Below are positions 17,123 to 26,355 of a DNA stretch of 64,000 bases, piece by piece. The position numbers and the translations under genes are program-made. The notes under the pieces were generated by a model, which was not told the DNA's origin, ran no database searches, and saw only the letters and a program-made list of their open reading frames with translations. The stretch is from Thermoanaerobaculia bacterium (GTDB lineage: Bacteria > Acidobacteriota > Thermoanaerobaculia > Multivoradales > Multivoraceae), in contig OY762911.1 of NCBI GenBank assembly GCA_963666565.1, positions 1,056,001 to 1,120,000 of the forward strand, written 5' to 3'. Every line of letters begins with the position of its first letter. Position 1 is the first letter of the stretch.

Positions 17123-20100
17123 TCAACTCGAACCGAACCGCGTAGCGACGTACTTCTCGGCGTCATCGACTCCGAGCCGCACCGTCCCCGGCCCGCTCCG
17201 CACATACAGATCCCCGCCCTCCGCCTTCTCCATCCCCTTCCACCGAAGATACACCGGCTCCGGGCTCCTCTGGCAACTCACGAGGCACACCGTCTTCCCC
17301 TCCACGATCTGCGTCTCCGGATCGATGCAGGTCCCCGCCCGGTCGCCCAAGCCGTTCCGCACCACCTGGGCAAGGTGCCGCATGAACTTGTCGTCGCTCT
17401 CCAGCCGGTCGTGGTCGATGCCGAGTACCTGCCTCTCGTCATCCACCCCGATCAAGAGGTCGCCGCCGTCGGTGTTGAGGAAGGCCGCGATGGTCTTGAG
17501 CGCCGCGTGGGTGACGTGCCTGTCGTCCTTGCGGTTCTCCTTCAGACTCCAACGCAGGCTGGACTTGAACTCCAGCGTCTTCGACTCCTGGAGCTTCAGC
17601 AGTTCCTCGGCTCGCCGGTGCCGGCTGATGTAGTCGTCGAAGAGGAGGTTCTTGATCGCCCGGCCGAACTCGGGGTCGTCTGTGATGCGCTTGTAGAGGT
17701 CGAAGTTGGTCTCGACGATCTCCTGGATCTTGTCCTCGACCTTCGGGTCGAAGGTCAGGCGCACGTTCTCGCGCGTGTTGACGCGGGCGCTCGCGGTCAG
17801 GCCCGGGTCCTGGTCGAGGGCGGAGCGGATCTGCTCGAGCGTCAGGCGGTGTTCGTCGCCGAGGTTCAGGCCGAAGCGTTCGTTCAGATCCTCGATGATC
17901 CGGGAGAGCGCCTCCATCTGTTCCCCGCCGGCGCCGCCTTCGGGCTTGCTTCCCGCGGGCTTGAGCGGCTGGACTTGGCGTTCCAGCGGGATCCGGCCGC
18001 GGCTCGTTCGCTGGATGCGGAACGACTCCATGTCGATGTTCTGCTGCACCTCGACCGGCAGCGCCTCCCGGCCGACGGACAGGAGGCGGCGCAGATGTCT
18101 GGCGAACTGGTAGAGCTTCTCCAGGTCGGCGTCCGCGAACGTCAGCACCTGGGAGAGGAAGGCGTAGAGGCGGACATAGTCGGTGAGCTGGCCGACGAAG
18201 TCCCGCCCCTCTTCGGCGCCCAGGTCGGCGAAGCGTTGCCGGGACGGTTCCAGCGCCGCGTAGAGCCGATCCTGCGTCGCGTCCGGGCCGAAGTACGCCA
18301 GCGCGAAGGTCTCCACGTCGGCCTCCCCGAACACGCCGAAGTCGAGCAGCCGTCCCTGGACCTCGTAGAGCAGGTTCGGGTCGGTCTCCTCGGACAGCAG
18401 CGTGGTCTCGTAGTACGGCTCGAACGCCTTCCCGATCTCGTCGGCCTCGTTGGCGAAGTCGAGCACCATCGCGCCGTCCTTGCCGGGGTGGGTGCGGTTC
18501 AGCCGGGACAGCGTCTGGACCGCGTTCACGCCGCCGAGCTTCTTGTCGACGTACATCGTGTGGAGCAGCGGCTGGTCGAAGCCGGTCTGGAACTTGTTGG
18601 CGACCACCAGGAAGCGGTACTCCGGCTTCTCGAACTCGGCGGCCGTCTGCCGCTCGCCGATCGCCCGCTCCTGGCCGGCCGAGTTCATCCCGGACTCGGT
18701 GTAGGACTGGCCGCCGTCCCTGACCGTGCCGGAGAACGCGACGAGCGCCTTCCAGGGACGCCCCTTCTCCCGCAGATAGCGGTCGAGGGCGAGCCGGGTG
18801 CGCACAGCGTGCAGGCGCGAGCGCGTGACGATCATCGCCTTGGCGCGGCCGCCGATCTCGTGCGCGACGAGTTCGGCGAAGTGCTCCACGCAGATGGCGA
18901 CCTTCTCGCCGATGGCGTGCGAGTGCAGTTCGACGAAAGACCGAAGCAGATGCTCGGCCTTCCGCTTGTCGTAGCGCGGGTCGTCCTCGATCTTCTTCTT
19001 CAGCCGCCAGTAGGCCTTGTAGGTCGTGTAGCTGCCGAGCACGTCGAGGATGAACCCTTCCTCGATCGCCTGGCGCATGCTGTAGAGGTGGAACGGCCTG
19101 AAGCTGCCGTCCGGCTGCTTCTCGCCGAAGAGTTCGAGGGTCTTGGGCTTCGGCGTCGCCGTGAAGGCGAACGTGGAGAGGTTCGGCAGCCGTCCGCGTT
19201 GGCGGATCGCCTCGTGGATCCGGTCTTCGAGTTCTTCTTCGGGTGTCGCCGCGCCGGCCTCTTCCTTCTCGGCCGCCTCCAGGCTGCGCGCGTCGAGCAC
19301 CGCCTTGAGGCTCTTCGTGCTCTCGCCGGACTGCGAGGAGTGCGCCTCGTCCGCGATCACGGCGAAGCGCTTGCCGGGAAGCTGGCCGATCTCGTCGGCG
19401 ATGACCGGGAACTTCTGCAGCGTGGTGACGATGATCGTCCGGCCGCCTTCCAGGGCCTCGCGGAGCTGGCGCGACGTGTGCTGGATGTTCTCGACCACGC
19501 CGAGGGTCTGCTCGAACTGCCGGACGGCGCTCTGGAGCTGGCGGTCGAGCACGCGCCGGTCGGTCACGACGACGACGGAGTCGAACACGCGCCGGTCTTC
19601 GTGGTCGTGCAGCATCGCGAGCTGGTGGGCGAGCCAGGCGATGGTGTAGCTCTTGCCGCTGCCGGCCGAGTGCTGGATGAGGTAGCGCTCGCCGGGGCCG
19701 TGGTTGCGCGCGTGGCGCACCAGCCGGCGCACGCAGTCGAGTTGCTGGTAGCGCGGGAAGATCAGGAACCGCTTGCCGGTCCTGCGGCCGCGGTCGTCCG
19801 TCTCGATGACTTCGTGGACGAACTGGCGAACGAGGTCGAGGACGCTGTCGCGAGCCCAGATCCGCTCCCACAGGTAGTCGGACGGATAGCCGTTGCGCGT
19901 GGGCGGCACCGGCGGATTCCCGGCGCCGCCGCGGTTGCCGCGGTTGAACGGCAGGAATCGCGTCTTCGGCCCGGCAAGCTGGGCGGTGACGAAGACCTGC
20001 TCCGGGTCGACCGCGAAGTGGGCGAGGCAACGGCCGTAGGCGAACAGCGGTTCGCGCGGGTCGCGGTCGTCCTTGTACTGCCGGATGGCGTCGTCCACGT

Positions 20101-20662
20101 TCTGGCCCTTCAACGGGTTCTTGAGCTCCGCCGTGAAGATGGGGATGCCGTTCAGGAAGATCCCGAGGTCGACGCTCCGGCTGGCGGTGCGTTCGCTGAA
20201 GTGGAGTTGACGCGCTACCGCGAAGAGGTTGGCCCCGTGCAGGCGCTGGAGTTCCTCGTTCAGCCCGCTCGCCGGCTGGAAGTACGCGAGGCGGAACCTG
20301 CAGCCCGAATCCCTGACGCCGTTTCGCAGCACGTCGAGCGCGCCCCGGCGGCCGATCTCGCGCGAGAGCCGGCCGAGGAAGCGCGGCTTGACGTCCGCGC
20401 CGTAGTGCTGCCGGAGCTTGGCCCACTCCGTCGGCTGCGTGGCGAGGAGGAAGTCGAGCACGTCGGCCGGGATCAGGCAGAGGTCGCGGTCGTAGTCGTC
20501 GTGGCGGCGCTTGTGGTAGCCGCCGGGCAGAGGGTCGTCGCCGAAGGAGACGGCGGGTTCGCGGAGTTCGCCGGCGTCCTCCGGGTAGGCGTCCGGGCCG
20601 CCGCGCAGGAGGGCGCGCTCGATGGTCGCCTCGAAGTTGCGTTCGCTGGTGTCGGGGGTCAC
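17123..20662 (-). CDS. hsdR: Type I restriction endonuclease subunit R with C-terminal Schlafen/AlbA_2 domain
   Basis: Nuclease motif VDLGIFLNGIPIFTAELKN; Walker A HSAGSGKS; IADEAH; FTATP; QTGFDQP; QTLSRLNR. C-terminal QESKTLEFKSS...TIAAFLNTDGGDLLIGVDD...LYVRSGPGT (about 17123-17610). Confidence 0.93.
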   Translation of the reverse strand: MTPDTSERNFEATIERALLRGGPDAYPEDAGELREPAVSFGDDPLPGGYHKRRHDDYDRDLCLIPADVLDFLLATQPTEWAKLRQHYGADVKPRFLGRLSREIGRRGALDVLRNGVRDSGCRFRLAYFQPASGLNEELQRLHGANLFAVARQLHFSERTASRSVDLGIFLNGIPIFTAELKNPLKGQNVDDAIRQYKDDRDPREPLFAYGRCLAHFAVDPEQVFVTAQLAGPKTRFLPFNRGNRGGAGNPPVPPTRNGYPSDYLWERIWARDSVLDLVRQFVHEVIETDDRGRRTGKRFLIFPRYQQLDCVRRLVRHARNHGPGERYLIQHSAGSGKSYTIAWLAHQLAMLHDHEDRRVFDSVVVVTDRRVLDRQLQSAVRQFEQTLGVVENIQHTSRQLREALEGGRTIIVTTLQKFPVIADEIGQLPGKRFAVIADEAHSSQSGESTKSLKAVLDARSLEAAEKEEAGAATPEEELEDRIHEAIRQRGRLPNLSTFAFTATPKPKTLELFGEKQPDGSFRPFHLYSMRQAIEEGFILDVLGSYTTYKAYWRLKKKIEDDPRYDKRKAEHLLRSFVELHSHAIGEKVAICVEHFAELVAHEIGGRAKAMIVTRSRLHAVRTRLALDRYLREKGRPWKALVAFSGTVRDGGQSYTESGMNSAGQERAIGERQTAAEFEKPEYRFLVVANKFQTGFDQPLLHTMYVDKKLGGVNAVQTLSRLNRTHPGKDGAMVLDFANEADEIGKAFEPYYETTLLSEETDPNLLYEVQGRLLDFGVFGEADVETFALAYFGPDATQDRLYAALEPSRQRFADLGAEEGRDFVGQLTDYVRLYAFLSQVLTFADADLEKLYQFARHLRRLLSVGREALPVEVQQNIDMESFRIQRTSRGRIPLERQVQPLKPAGSKPEGGAGGEQMEALSRIIEDLNERFGLNLGDEHRLTLEQIRSALDQDPGLTASARVNTRENVRLTFDPKVEDKIQEIVETNFDLYKRITDDPEFGRAIKNLLFDDYISRHRRAEELLKLQESKTLEFKSSLRWSLKENRKDDRHVTHAALKTIAAFLNTDGGDLLIGVDDERQVLGIDHDRLESDDKFMRHLAQVVRNGLGDRAGTCIDPETQIVEGKTVCLVSCQRSPEPVYLRWKGMEKAEGGDLYVRSGPGTVRLGVDDAEKYVATRFGSS

Positions 20663-20735
20663 GCTGGCGCCGTCCTTGGGTGGTTGGCTTGCCTTGGCGT
20701 TGCGGAGGGAGCGACGCGGGCGGGTCGCGGGTCGA

Positions 20736-20794
20736 TGTCACAGCTCGGTGTCACAGCTTGTCGCAGCTCGGTGTCACAGCTCGTCATAGCTCGG
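20736..20794. repeat. Short tandem repeats of GTCACAGCT(CGGT)
   Basis: Five imperfect copies: TGTCACAGCTCGG TGTCACAGCT TGTCGCAGCTCGG TGTCACAGCTC GTCATAGCTCGG. Confidence 0.8.
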
Positions 20795-20795
20795 C

Positions 20796-20915
20796 TCATT
20801 CGGTAGACCGGCCCTCGGAGAGCGTCGCGGCCTTGAGGAAGCCGCGGGCCCGCTCGATTGGCTTCGGGTCGGAGGCGATCTGATTGGGGATGGTGAACGG
20901 TGGCTCGAAGCTCAT
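20796..20915 (-). pseudogene. Fic family protein N-terminal remnant
   Basis: ATGA overlap with the hsdS stop. MSFEPPFTIPNQIASDPKPIERARGFLKAATLSEG* resembles the 'F.P.FTI...IERARGFL.AA.LS' start of Fic proteins. Confidence 0.6.
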
Positions 20916-22252
20916 TCGGACGCTGCTTCTCGGACGTCGATCTTGCCGGTGACTGCCGCCGAGATCAGGGCGGTCCGGAGTTCCTGGAGGTGGTCCACGG
21001 CCTCGCGGATCTTCGCAACAAGACAGTCGATCTCCTGAGTGGCTTGGTCGAGCTGCGTCACGATGCGGCTCTGCTCTTCCAGTGGAATCTCCGGGACCAC
21101 GAGGCGCGCCAGCGTCGACGTGTTGTAGTGGACTTGGATGGCACCTACAGACTGCTCCGCAGCCTGCGAGATTGCGGCCTGTGAATTGAGGTAGTAGTAC
21201 ACGAACTTCGGCAGGACCAACTCCGAACGCCGCACAATGAGCAGGTCGATGCAGTTGGCTCCATCTAGTGATTCAGGAACTACGGTCGCCGTGCCGGCTT
21301 GACCCGTGCGAACCACGACTACGTCGCCCGCGAAAATCTTCGACTTTCGGTGGAGTTCGTTCGCGTCCTCACTGATGAACACGAGGTTGGCGGTGTCGAC
21401 CGCACCACGAGACACGTTGAGTGCGCGGAGACAAGGAACGCCGTCATCCACGTAGTACTTTGAGGGCGTAACGACGATGCCCACGGTAGTTTCTGGCGTC
21501 ACGTGCTTGAGCCTCTTGACCTCCCAGTGCGCCGGGATCTCGCCCAGCCACTCGACGCCGGAGTCCTTCACGCGCACGTTGGGGTCGAGGCCCCGTGTCA
21601 CGGCGCGGGTGATGAGTGCGGTGCGTTTCTCCTGAAGCAGTTCGATCAGTCGCTCCTTCCTCTCTACTAGCGCGTTCAGTTTCGTCGCCTCATCGTCGAG
21701 GAAACTGACGATGGCCCGTTGTTCGCCCTGCGGTGGAACGGGAAGGCTGTTCGTGCTGACGTGATCGGTACTGACGCGTGGCATTCTGGCCCCGTACGTC
21801 AGCGAATGGAGCCAGTGGACGTGAGAGACGTTCAGCAGGCAGTACATCAGGTAGCTCTGGAGGTAGCCAGGAGTTGGCCGAAGAGCGAGAATCTCACTGG
21901 TACAGACGCCATCGAAGTCCGGACGAGCGGCCTTCGCAAGGTAGGGCCGGAGCTTTCCGAGTAGAACATCCCCTGCCGCGAAAGGGGACACCACACTGTC
22001 TATCTTCTCGGGTTGGTTCTCCTGCAGCAGCCGGCCGGTCCACGGTTCCACATGCTCGAGTCCAACATAGACAGCATCGTGGGGCTTGGTGTTCAGCTTG
22101 CCGGTGCGTGTTGGCGCGACGAACTTGATCCGCTTCGTTCTCCAGTGCGCCGGTATCTCGCCGAGCCACTCGACGCCGGATTCCTTGTACTTGCAGTATC
22201 GCGGAAGCCGTGCAGGCTGTGCTTCCTCCTTTCGATCAGGTGCTTCGTTCAT
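20912..22252 (-). CDS. hsdS: Type I R-M specificity subunit S
   Basis: Two TRDs separated by conserved repeats K(E/D)SGVEWLGEIPAHW, PPQGEQRAIV and ALISAAVTGKIDVR. The TRDs have lower GC than the flanks. Confidence 0.95.
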   Translation of the reverse strand: MNEAPDRKEEAQPARLPRYCKYKESGVEWLGEIPAHWRTKRIKFVAPTRTGKLNTKPHDAVYVGLEHVEPWTGRLLQENQPEKIDSVVSPFAAGDVLLGKLRPYLAKAARPDFDGVCTSEILALRPTPGYLQSYLMYCLLNVSHVHWLHSLTYGARMPRVSTDHVSTNSLPVPPQGEQRAIVSFLDDEATKLNALVERKERLIELLQEKRTALITRAVTRGLDPNVRVKDSGVEWLGEIPAHWEVKRLKHVTPETTVGIVVTPSKYYVDDGVPCLRALNVSRGAVDTANLVFISEDANELHRKSKIFAGDVVVVRTGQAGTATVVPESLDGANCIDLLIVRRSELVLPKFVYYYLNSQAAISQAAEQSVGAIQVHYNTSTLARLVVPEIPLEEQSRIVTQLDQATQEIDCLVAKIREAVDHLQELRTALISAAVTGKIDVREAASE

Positions 22253-22300
22253 GGCTTTCCATAGGCGGGCCCGCTACGGCCTGGGGCTTACTCGCGGGTG

Positions 22301-22927
22301 TCATTCCCACAGGATCTCTAGAACGGGACCGATGAGCGACTTCGCTCGGCAGACTTCTGCGGCGCGCCAGATTTGATCCACGGTTGCTTTCCGGTCGCGC
22401 AGTGCGTCGCGTAGTGCCTCGATCGCAACGTCTCTGCCGACCAGTCTGCGGAAGCGAAAACAGTCCACGACCGTGCGGGCCGGGCTCGTGATTCGTGCAG
22501 GAACGCCCTGGAAGGTCGCGCGCTCGACGCCGTAGCGCAGCGAGGCGGCGGAGAACCGAACTACGTGCACGGGCAGTTCGGGGAGCTTGGGCGAGCGCGC
22601 CTTGTGCGGGATGGCGATCCACACCTGCCACGGAAGCTGGGTGCCGAGTTCGTGGACGCTCAGGGCGGTCAGGAGGCAGACGATGGCATCGGGAACACGC
22701 GCGCACACGGCGCCGACGGTGTAGTGCTCGGTGAGTTCGGCCTCCGTGATGCGATAGAGGCCACGCGCCTCGCGTTCGACCGAGCCGTCCTCCAGCAGGC
22801 GCCGCAGTTCACGGGAGCTGATGCCCAACTCGGCCGCGTCGCGCGAACGGAAGAACGTCCTGGTGCCGAGGCCCTGCAAGTCTCGGCCAGGTGGCTCTGG
22901 TCGGCGAGACGAATTGTCGGCAGCCAT
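22301..22927 (-). CDS. Type IV TA antitoxin AbiEi family regulator (no AbiEii toxin adjacent)
   Basis: wHTH FRSRDAAELGISSRELRRLLEDGSVEREARGLY, then ICLLTALSVHELGTQLPWQVWIAI and ITSPARTVVDCFRFR. Confidence 0.88.
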   Translation of the reverse strand: MAADNSSRRPEPPGRDLQGLGTRTFFRSRDAAELGISSRELRRLLEDGSVEREARGLYRITEAELTEHYTVGAVCARVPDAIVCLLTALSVHELGTQLPWQVWIAIPHKARSPKLPELPVHVVRFSAASLRYGVERATFQGVPARITSPARTVVDCFRFRRLVGRDVAIEALRDALRDRKATVDQIWRAAEVCRAKSLIGPVLEILWE

Positions 22928-23225
22928 AATCTCTTGTCGGCGTTTTGATCGGCCGGAGGCACCTAGCCTAGCCGCCCTTGACGCCCCTATCAAGTTGCCA
23001 CGGACCTGCGCGCCGCCGACACACGGCCGCGGAATCCGAGCCAGTCGCGGAGAGGACAGCAGGAGATAGGTGGAACCGTTCGATTCCCGTAGACGCGCAC
23101 AATCAGGCGACTTGCACACACCGACGGGCCCTGCCACACGACGAACGACGCCGGACCCCGAAGGTGAGGCTGCTAGTGTCCGCGCCACGCCGGAAGCCGT
23201 CCAACCGGCGCTCTGGCGGTGTGCC

Positions 23226-26200
23226 ATGGACGCTATCGCATCAACTCCGCTCGCGCCGGAGTGGAAGGAACGGCTGAACCTATCGCTCCGCCGTGCGCCG
23301 GACTTCTACGAGAAGTCGGACGAGATCGGGGACGTGTCCCATGCAGGTGCGCTTCGTACGACTCTCGACGGCTTGGGGGCGTCCGCGGTCTTCTGTGTCC
23401 AGGACGTCCCGACTGCCGTCGTCGTCTCGGTCGACCAGTACGTTCCCGAAGACGCCGCCAAGCTCCAGGCGGCGCTCTGGAATCAGGGGCTCGCAAGTTT
23501 GCTCCTCTTCGTTTCCGAGGACACTGTTCGGGTGTTTTCTCTGGCCCGGACCCCTCGCCGGTGCACGGACGACGAGTTCCACTCCCATTGCCTAGTCCAG
23601 ACGTTGAACGCTGCGACCGACGCGCTGGCGCTTGGGAACCTGCTTTACAGCGCCGAGTCCGGCCGGTATTGGGAGGCATATGCCCAGTACTTCAGGCCAG
23701 AAGAGCGAGTGGATCGCGTTCTCCTGAACAACTTGACGGAGTCGGACAGACTTCTTCGGCAGGAGGGTTTACCCGGAGACGCGTCGCAGGCGCTGCTGCT
23801 CCAGGCGATGTTCGTTGCCTATCTTGAGGACCGGGAGATCATCGGCGAGGAGTACATCCGGGCTGCTACGAACGAGGGGGCGACCGATTTCAACACACCG
23901 CTGTCCACAGGGGACGTTGGATCATTGGAGCGTCTCTTTGTGACTCTGCGGCGAGACTTTAACGGCGACCTGTTCATTGCGCCGTGCTCCTTCGACGCGA
24001 ACGACCCCGGTCCGAGTCTAGAGGCATCGCACTTGGAGATTCTCGCCCGCTTCCGTTCCGGCCGGGAGGAGATGCATGGGTCGGGCGGGCAGTACCGCCT
24101 TTGGCCATACAACTTCAAGTACATACCGGTCGAACTGATCAGCGCCGTTCACGACCGATTCCTGAGCGAGCGCGGAGATGCTGACCGGCGTCTTCGTGGT
24201 GCCTACTACACACCGATGCTCCTCGCCGACGTAGTGGTGTCTCACATGTGGGAGAGGTTGCCGGCCGAAGCCAAGGAAAGTGGGACTTTCCTGGACCCGG
24301 CTTGTGGGTCTGGCATCTTCTTGGTGCGACTGTTCCAGCGCCTGTGCGAGTTCCGTCGGGCCAGCCGATCCGAAGCGAGGATTCCTTGGCGTGCCCTGCT
24401 CGACATTCTGATGAGGTTGCGCGGCTGGGACCTGGACGGCGGTGCAGTGCGGGTAGCGGTTTTCTCCTTGTACGTGGCTCTCCTTGAGGAGGTTACTCCG
24501 CCCGATATTCAGAGACTGATGAAGCGCGGTCGGGTGCTCCCCGAGCTCCACGGAAAGACGCTGAGGTGCACCGACTTCTTCTCGGTCGCGCCTGACGCTG
24601 CTGCGGTGGACGCCGTGGTTGGCAACCCGCCCTGGTCGAGCCGCCACGGCGCGGGTCATTCCGCCCTTGAATGGTGTCGTCAAGAGAGACTTCCGATGCC
24701 GAGCGGCGAGCAGGCTTGGTCGTTCGTCTGGAAGTCGCTGCGCCACTTGCGGAAGGGTGGCTTGGTGGCGTTGCTTCTGCCGGCAATGGGTTTCCTGCAC
24801 AATCACGCCAAGAAGGCGGTAGAGGCGCGCAAGCGCCTGATCCGCGAGGCGCGGCTCTCTAGCGTTGTGAACTTCGCGGACATGCGATTTCAGTTGTTCG
24901 ACGGTGCCTCAAGGCCTACCTCGCTCCTTATCTTGGGCGGACTTGCTTCACAGGATTCAGACTACCGGTTCGACTACTTGACACCGAAGGCCGACCCGAA
25001 CCTGAAGGCCCGGCGCTTGATTACCGTCAGTAGTGCGGACCGGTGTCGGCTCGAGGCTCGCATGGTTGAGGCCGACCCGTCTGTGTTCAAGAAGCGTCTT
25101 TGGATGAATGAGCCTGAGAGCCGGCTGTTCAACTATTTGTCGCAGCTCCCTCGCCTGCGCGATCTCGTCGAGCAGTTTGGGAAGCTGTCGCGCCGAAAGG
25201 GACTCGGTCCGGACCAGTGGGTTATCGGACAGGGCTTTCAGCCGGCTCGCACAGAGGAGCGCGACGACGTTGGCTATGAGGCCAAGCACAGCAGCGCCGT
25301 CGCCACGATTCCGTATCTTCCGATCAAGCGGTTTCGGGTCCTGGCCGAGGCAGGAGTGGACTTGCAGCCTTGGAAGGGCGCGATGGTGCGTCGGCATGGT
25401 TTCCGAGGAGGATTCGAGGGACCACGTGTAGTCGTTCCCCGTGGCGTCGCCATCGGTGAAGCGGGACGACGACTGAGGGCGGCCTATGTCGAGGCACCGC
25501 TGACCTTTCAGGACATCATTCAGGCGATTGTGGTTCCCCCGGGGCAGGAGCAGCGGGGCATGCTGCTGACGGCTCTGCTCAACAGCAAGCTGATGCTGTG
25601 GTTTGCGTTCCACGGAACTTCATCGTTTGGTGCGGATCGGCCGGAGGTGCAACAGGCGGAACTACTGCGCTTGCCGTTCCCTGAGCCAGACGACATGCCC
25701 GACCCGGAGCGGTCGTGGTCGGCTGCTGAGGCGCTGGTGGGCAAGATCAAGGGGAGGCTCCAAGCGGCCGCAGCAACTGGAAGGACCGGTGCCGGGCAAT
25801 GTGATGTCCTTGAAGAGATCGACCGCTTGGCTCTCGAGTACTTCTGTCTTTCCGAGGAGGACCGAATCGTCGTCGACGACACGGTGGATCATGTGATCCC
25901 GGCTGTTCAACCTAGCAGGGGCAGCTTTCCTGCTTTGTGGGGACCTTCGACCGAATCGGACCGTCGTGAGTACGCCCGTATCTTGGTCGGCAGCTTGGCG
26001 GAGCACTTCGAAGGCGGTCGCTCAATCGGAGTGCGTTTGATAGCACGCAGTGAGGATTTGGCCGTGCTACGCCTGTCGCTGCGAGATACTCCGGTTGCGT
26101 TCGACTACAGCGAGGACGAGAACGCCTCGGTGGCGTCCGCCGTGTCGGGTCTTGCGGAGGCTGTTCGGCAGCGCCTACCGGCCAACCTCCACGCGGCTCC

Positions 26201-26345
26201 AGACTTCAGGGTCTTTGTGGGCCGCGAGCTGTTTCTCGTAAAGCCGGTCGGAAGGCGGTTCTGGCTGCGGTCGCGGGCGCTGGCCGATGTCAGAGCAATC
26301 GCGCTAGATCTTCACGTGGCCTCTGGCCGTGACGCGCCGTTCTGA
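23226..26345 (+). CDS. Large N6-adenine DNA methyltransferase (Type IIG/Eco57I-like architecture with C-terminal TRD)
   Basis: IPVELISAV, GAYYTP, FLDPACGSGIFL (motif I), VVGNPPW (motif IV), TaqI_C-like LLNSKL...LLRLPFP. Lower-GC codon usage. Confidence 0.88.
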   Translation: MDAIASTPLAPEWKERLNLSLRRAPDFYEKSDEIGDVSHAGALRTTLDGLGASAVFCVQDVPTAVVVSVDQYVPEDAAKLQAALWNQGLASLLLFVSEDTVRVFSLARTPRRCTDDEFHSHCLVQTLNAATDALALGNLLYSAESGRYWEAYAQYFRPEERVDRVLLNNLTESDRLLRQEGLPGDASQALLLQAMFVAYLEDREIIGEEYIRAATNEGATDFNTPLSTGDVGSLERLFVTLRRDFNGDLFIAPCSFDANDPGPSLEASHLEILARFRSGREEMHGSGGQYRLWPYNFKYIPVELISAVHDRFLSERGDADRRLRGAYYTPMLLADVVVSHMWERLPAEAKESGTFLDPACGSGIFLVRLFQRLCEFRRASRSEARIPWRALLDILMRLRGWDLDGGAVRVAVFSLYVALLEEVTPPDIQRLMKRGRVLPELHGKTLRCTDFFSVAPDAAAVDAVVGNPPWSSRHGAGHSALEWCRQERLPMPSGEQAWSFVWKSLRHLRKGGLVALLLPAMGFLHNHAKKAVEARKRLIREARLSSVVNFADMRFQLFDGASRPTSLLILGGLASQDSDYRFDYLTPKADPNLKARRLITVSSADRCRLEARMVEADPSVFKKRLWMNEPESRLFNYLSQLPRLRDLVEQFGKLSRRKGLGPDQWVIGQGFQPARTEERDDVGYEAKHSSAVATIPYLPIKRFRVLAEAGVDLQPWKGAMVRRHGFRGGFEGPRVVVPRGVAIGEAGRRLRAAYVEAPLTFQDIIQAIVVPPGQEQRGMLLTALLNSKLMLWFAFHGTSSFGADRPEVQQAELLRLPFPEPDDMPDPERSWSAAEALVGKIKGRLQAAAATGRTGAGQCDVLEEIDRLALEYFCLSEEDRIVVDDTVDHVIPAVQPSRGSFPALWGPSTESDRREYARILVGSLAEHFEGGRSIGVRLIARSEDLAVLRLSLRDTPVAFDYSEDENASVASAVSGLAEAVRQRLPANLHAAPDFRVFVGRELFLVKPVGRRFWLRSRALADVRAIALDLHVASGRDAPF

Positions 26346-26355
26346 GTCGAGTTCC

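Noticed and set aside
20736-20794. Possible mini-CRISPR
   Set aside because: Repeats are 10-13 bp and abut each other with no unique spacers; no cas genes are present.
16706-20806. 1366-aa plus-strand ORF (also 55950-58802, 58156-62250, 27002-29167 and similar long ORFs)
   Set aside because: Antisense shadows of hsdR, GH3, the TonB receptor and hsdM. Stop-poor reverse frames are expected in GC-rich DNA and they contain no recognisable motifs.
21521-22190. hsdS repeats as a phase-variable shufflon
   Set aside because: These are the normal direct conserved regions of a two-TRD HsdS. There are no inverted repeats, silent hsdS copies or recombinase in the window.
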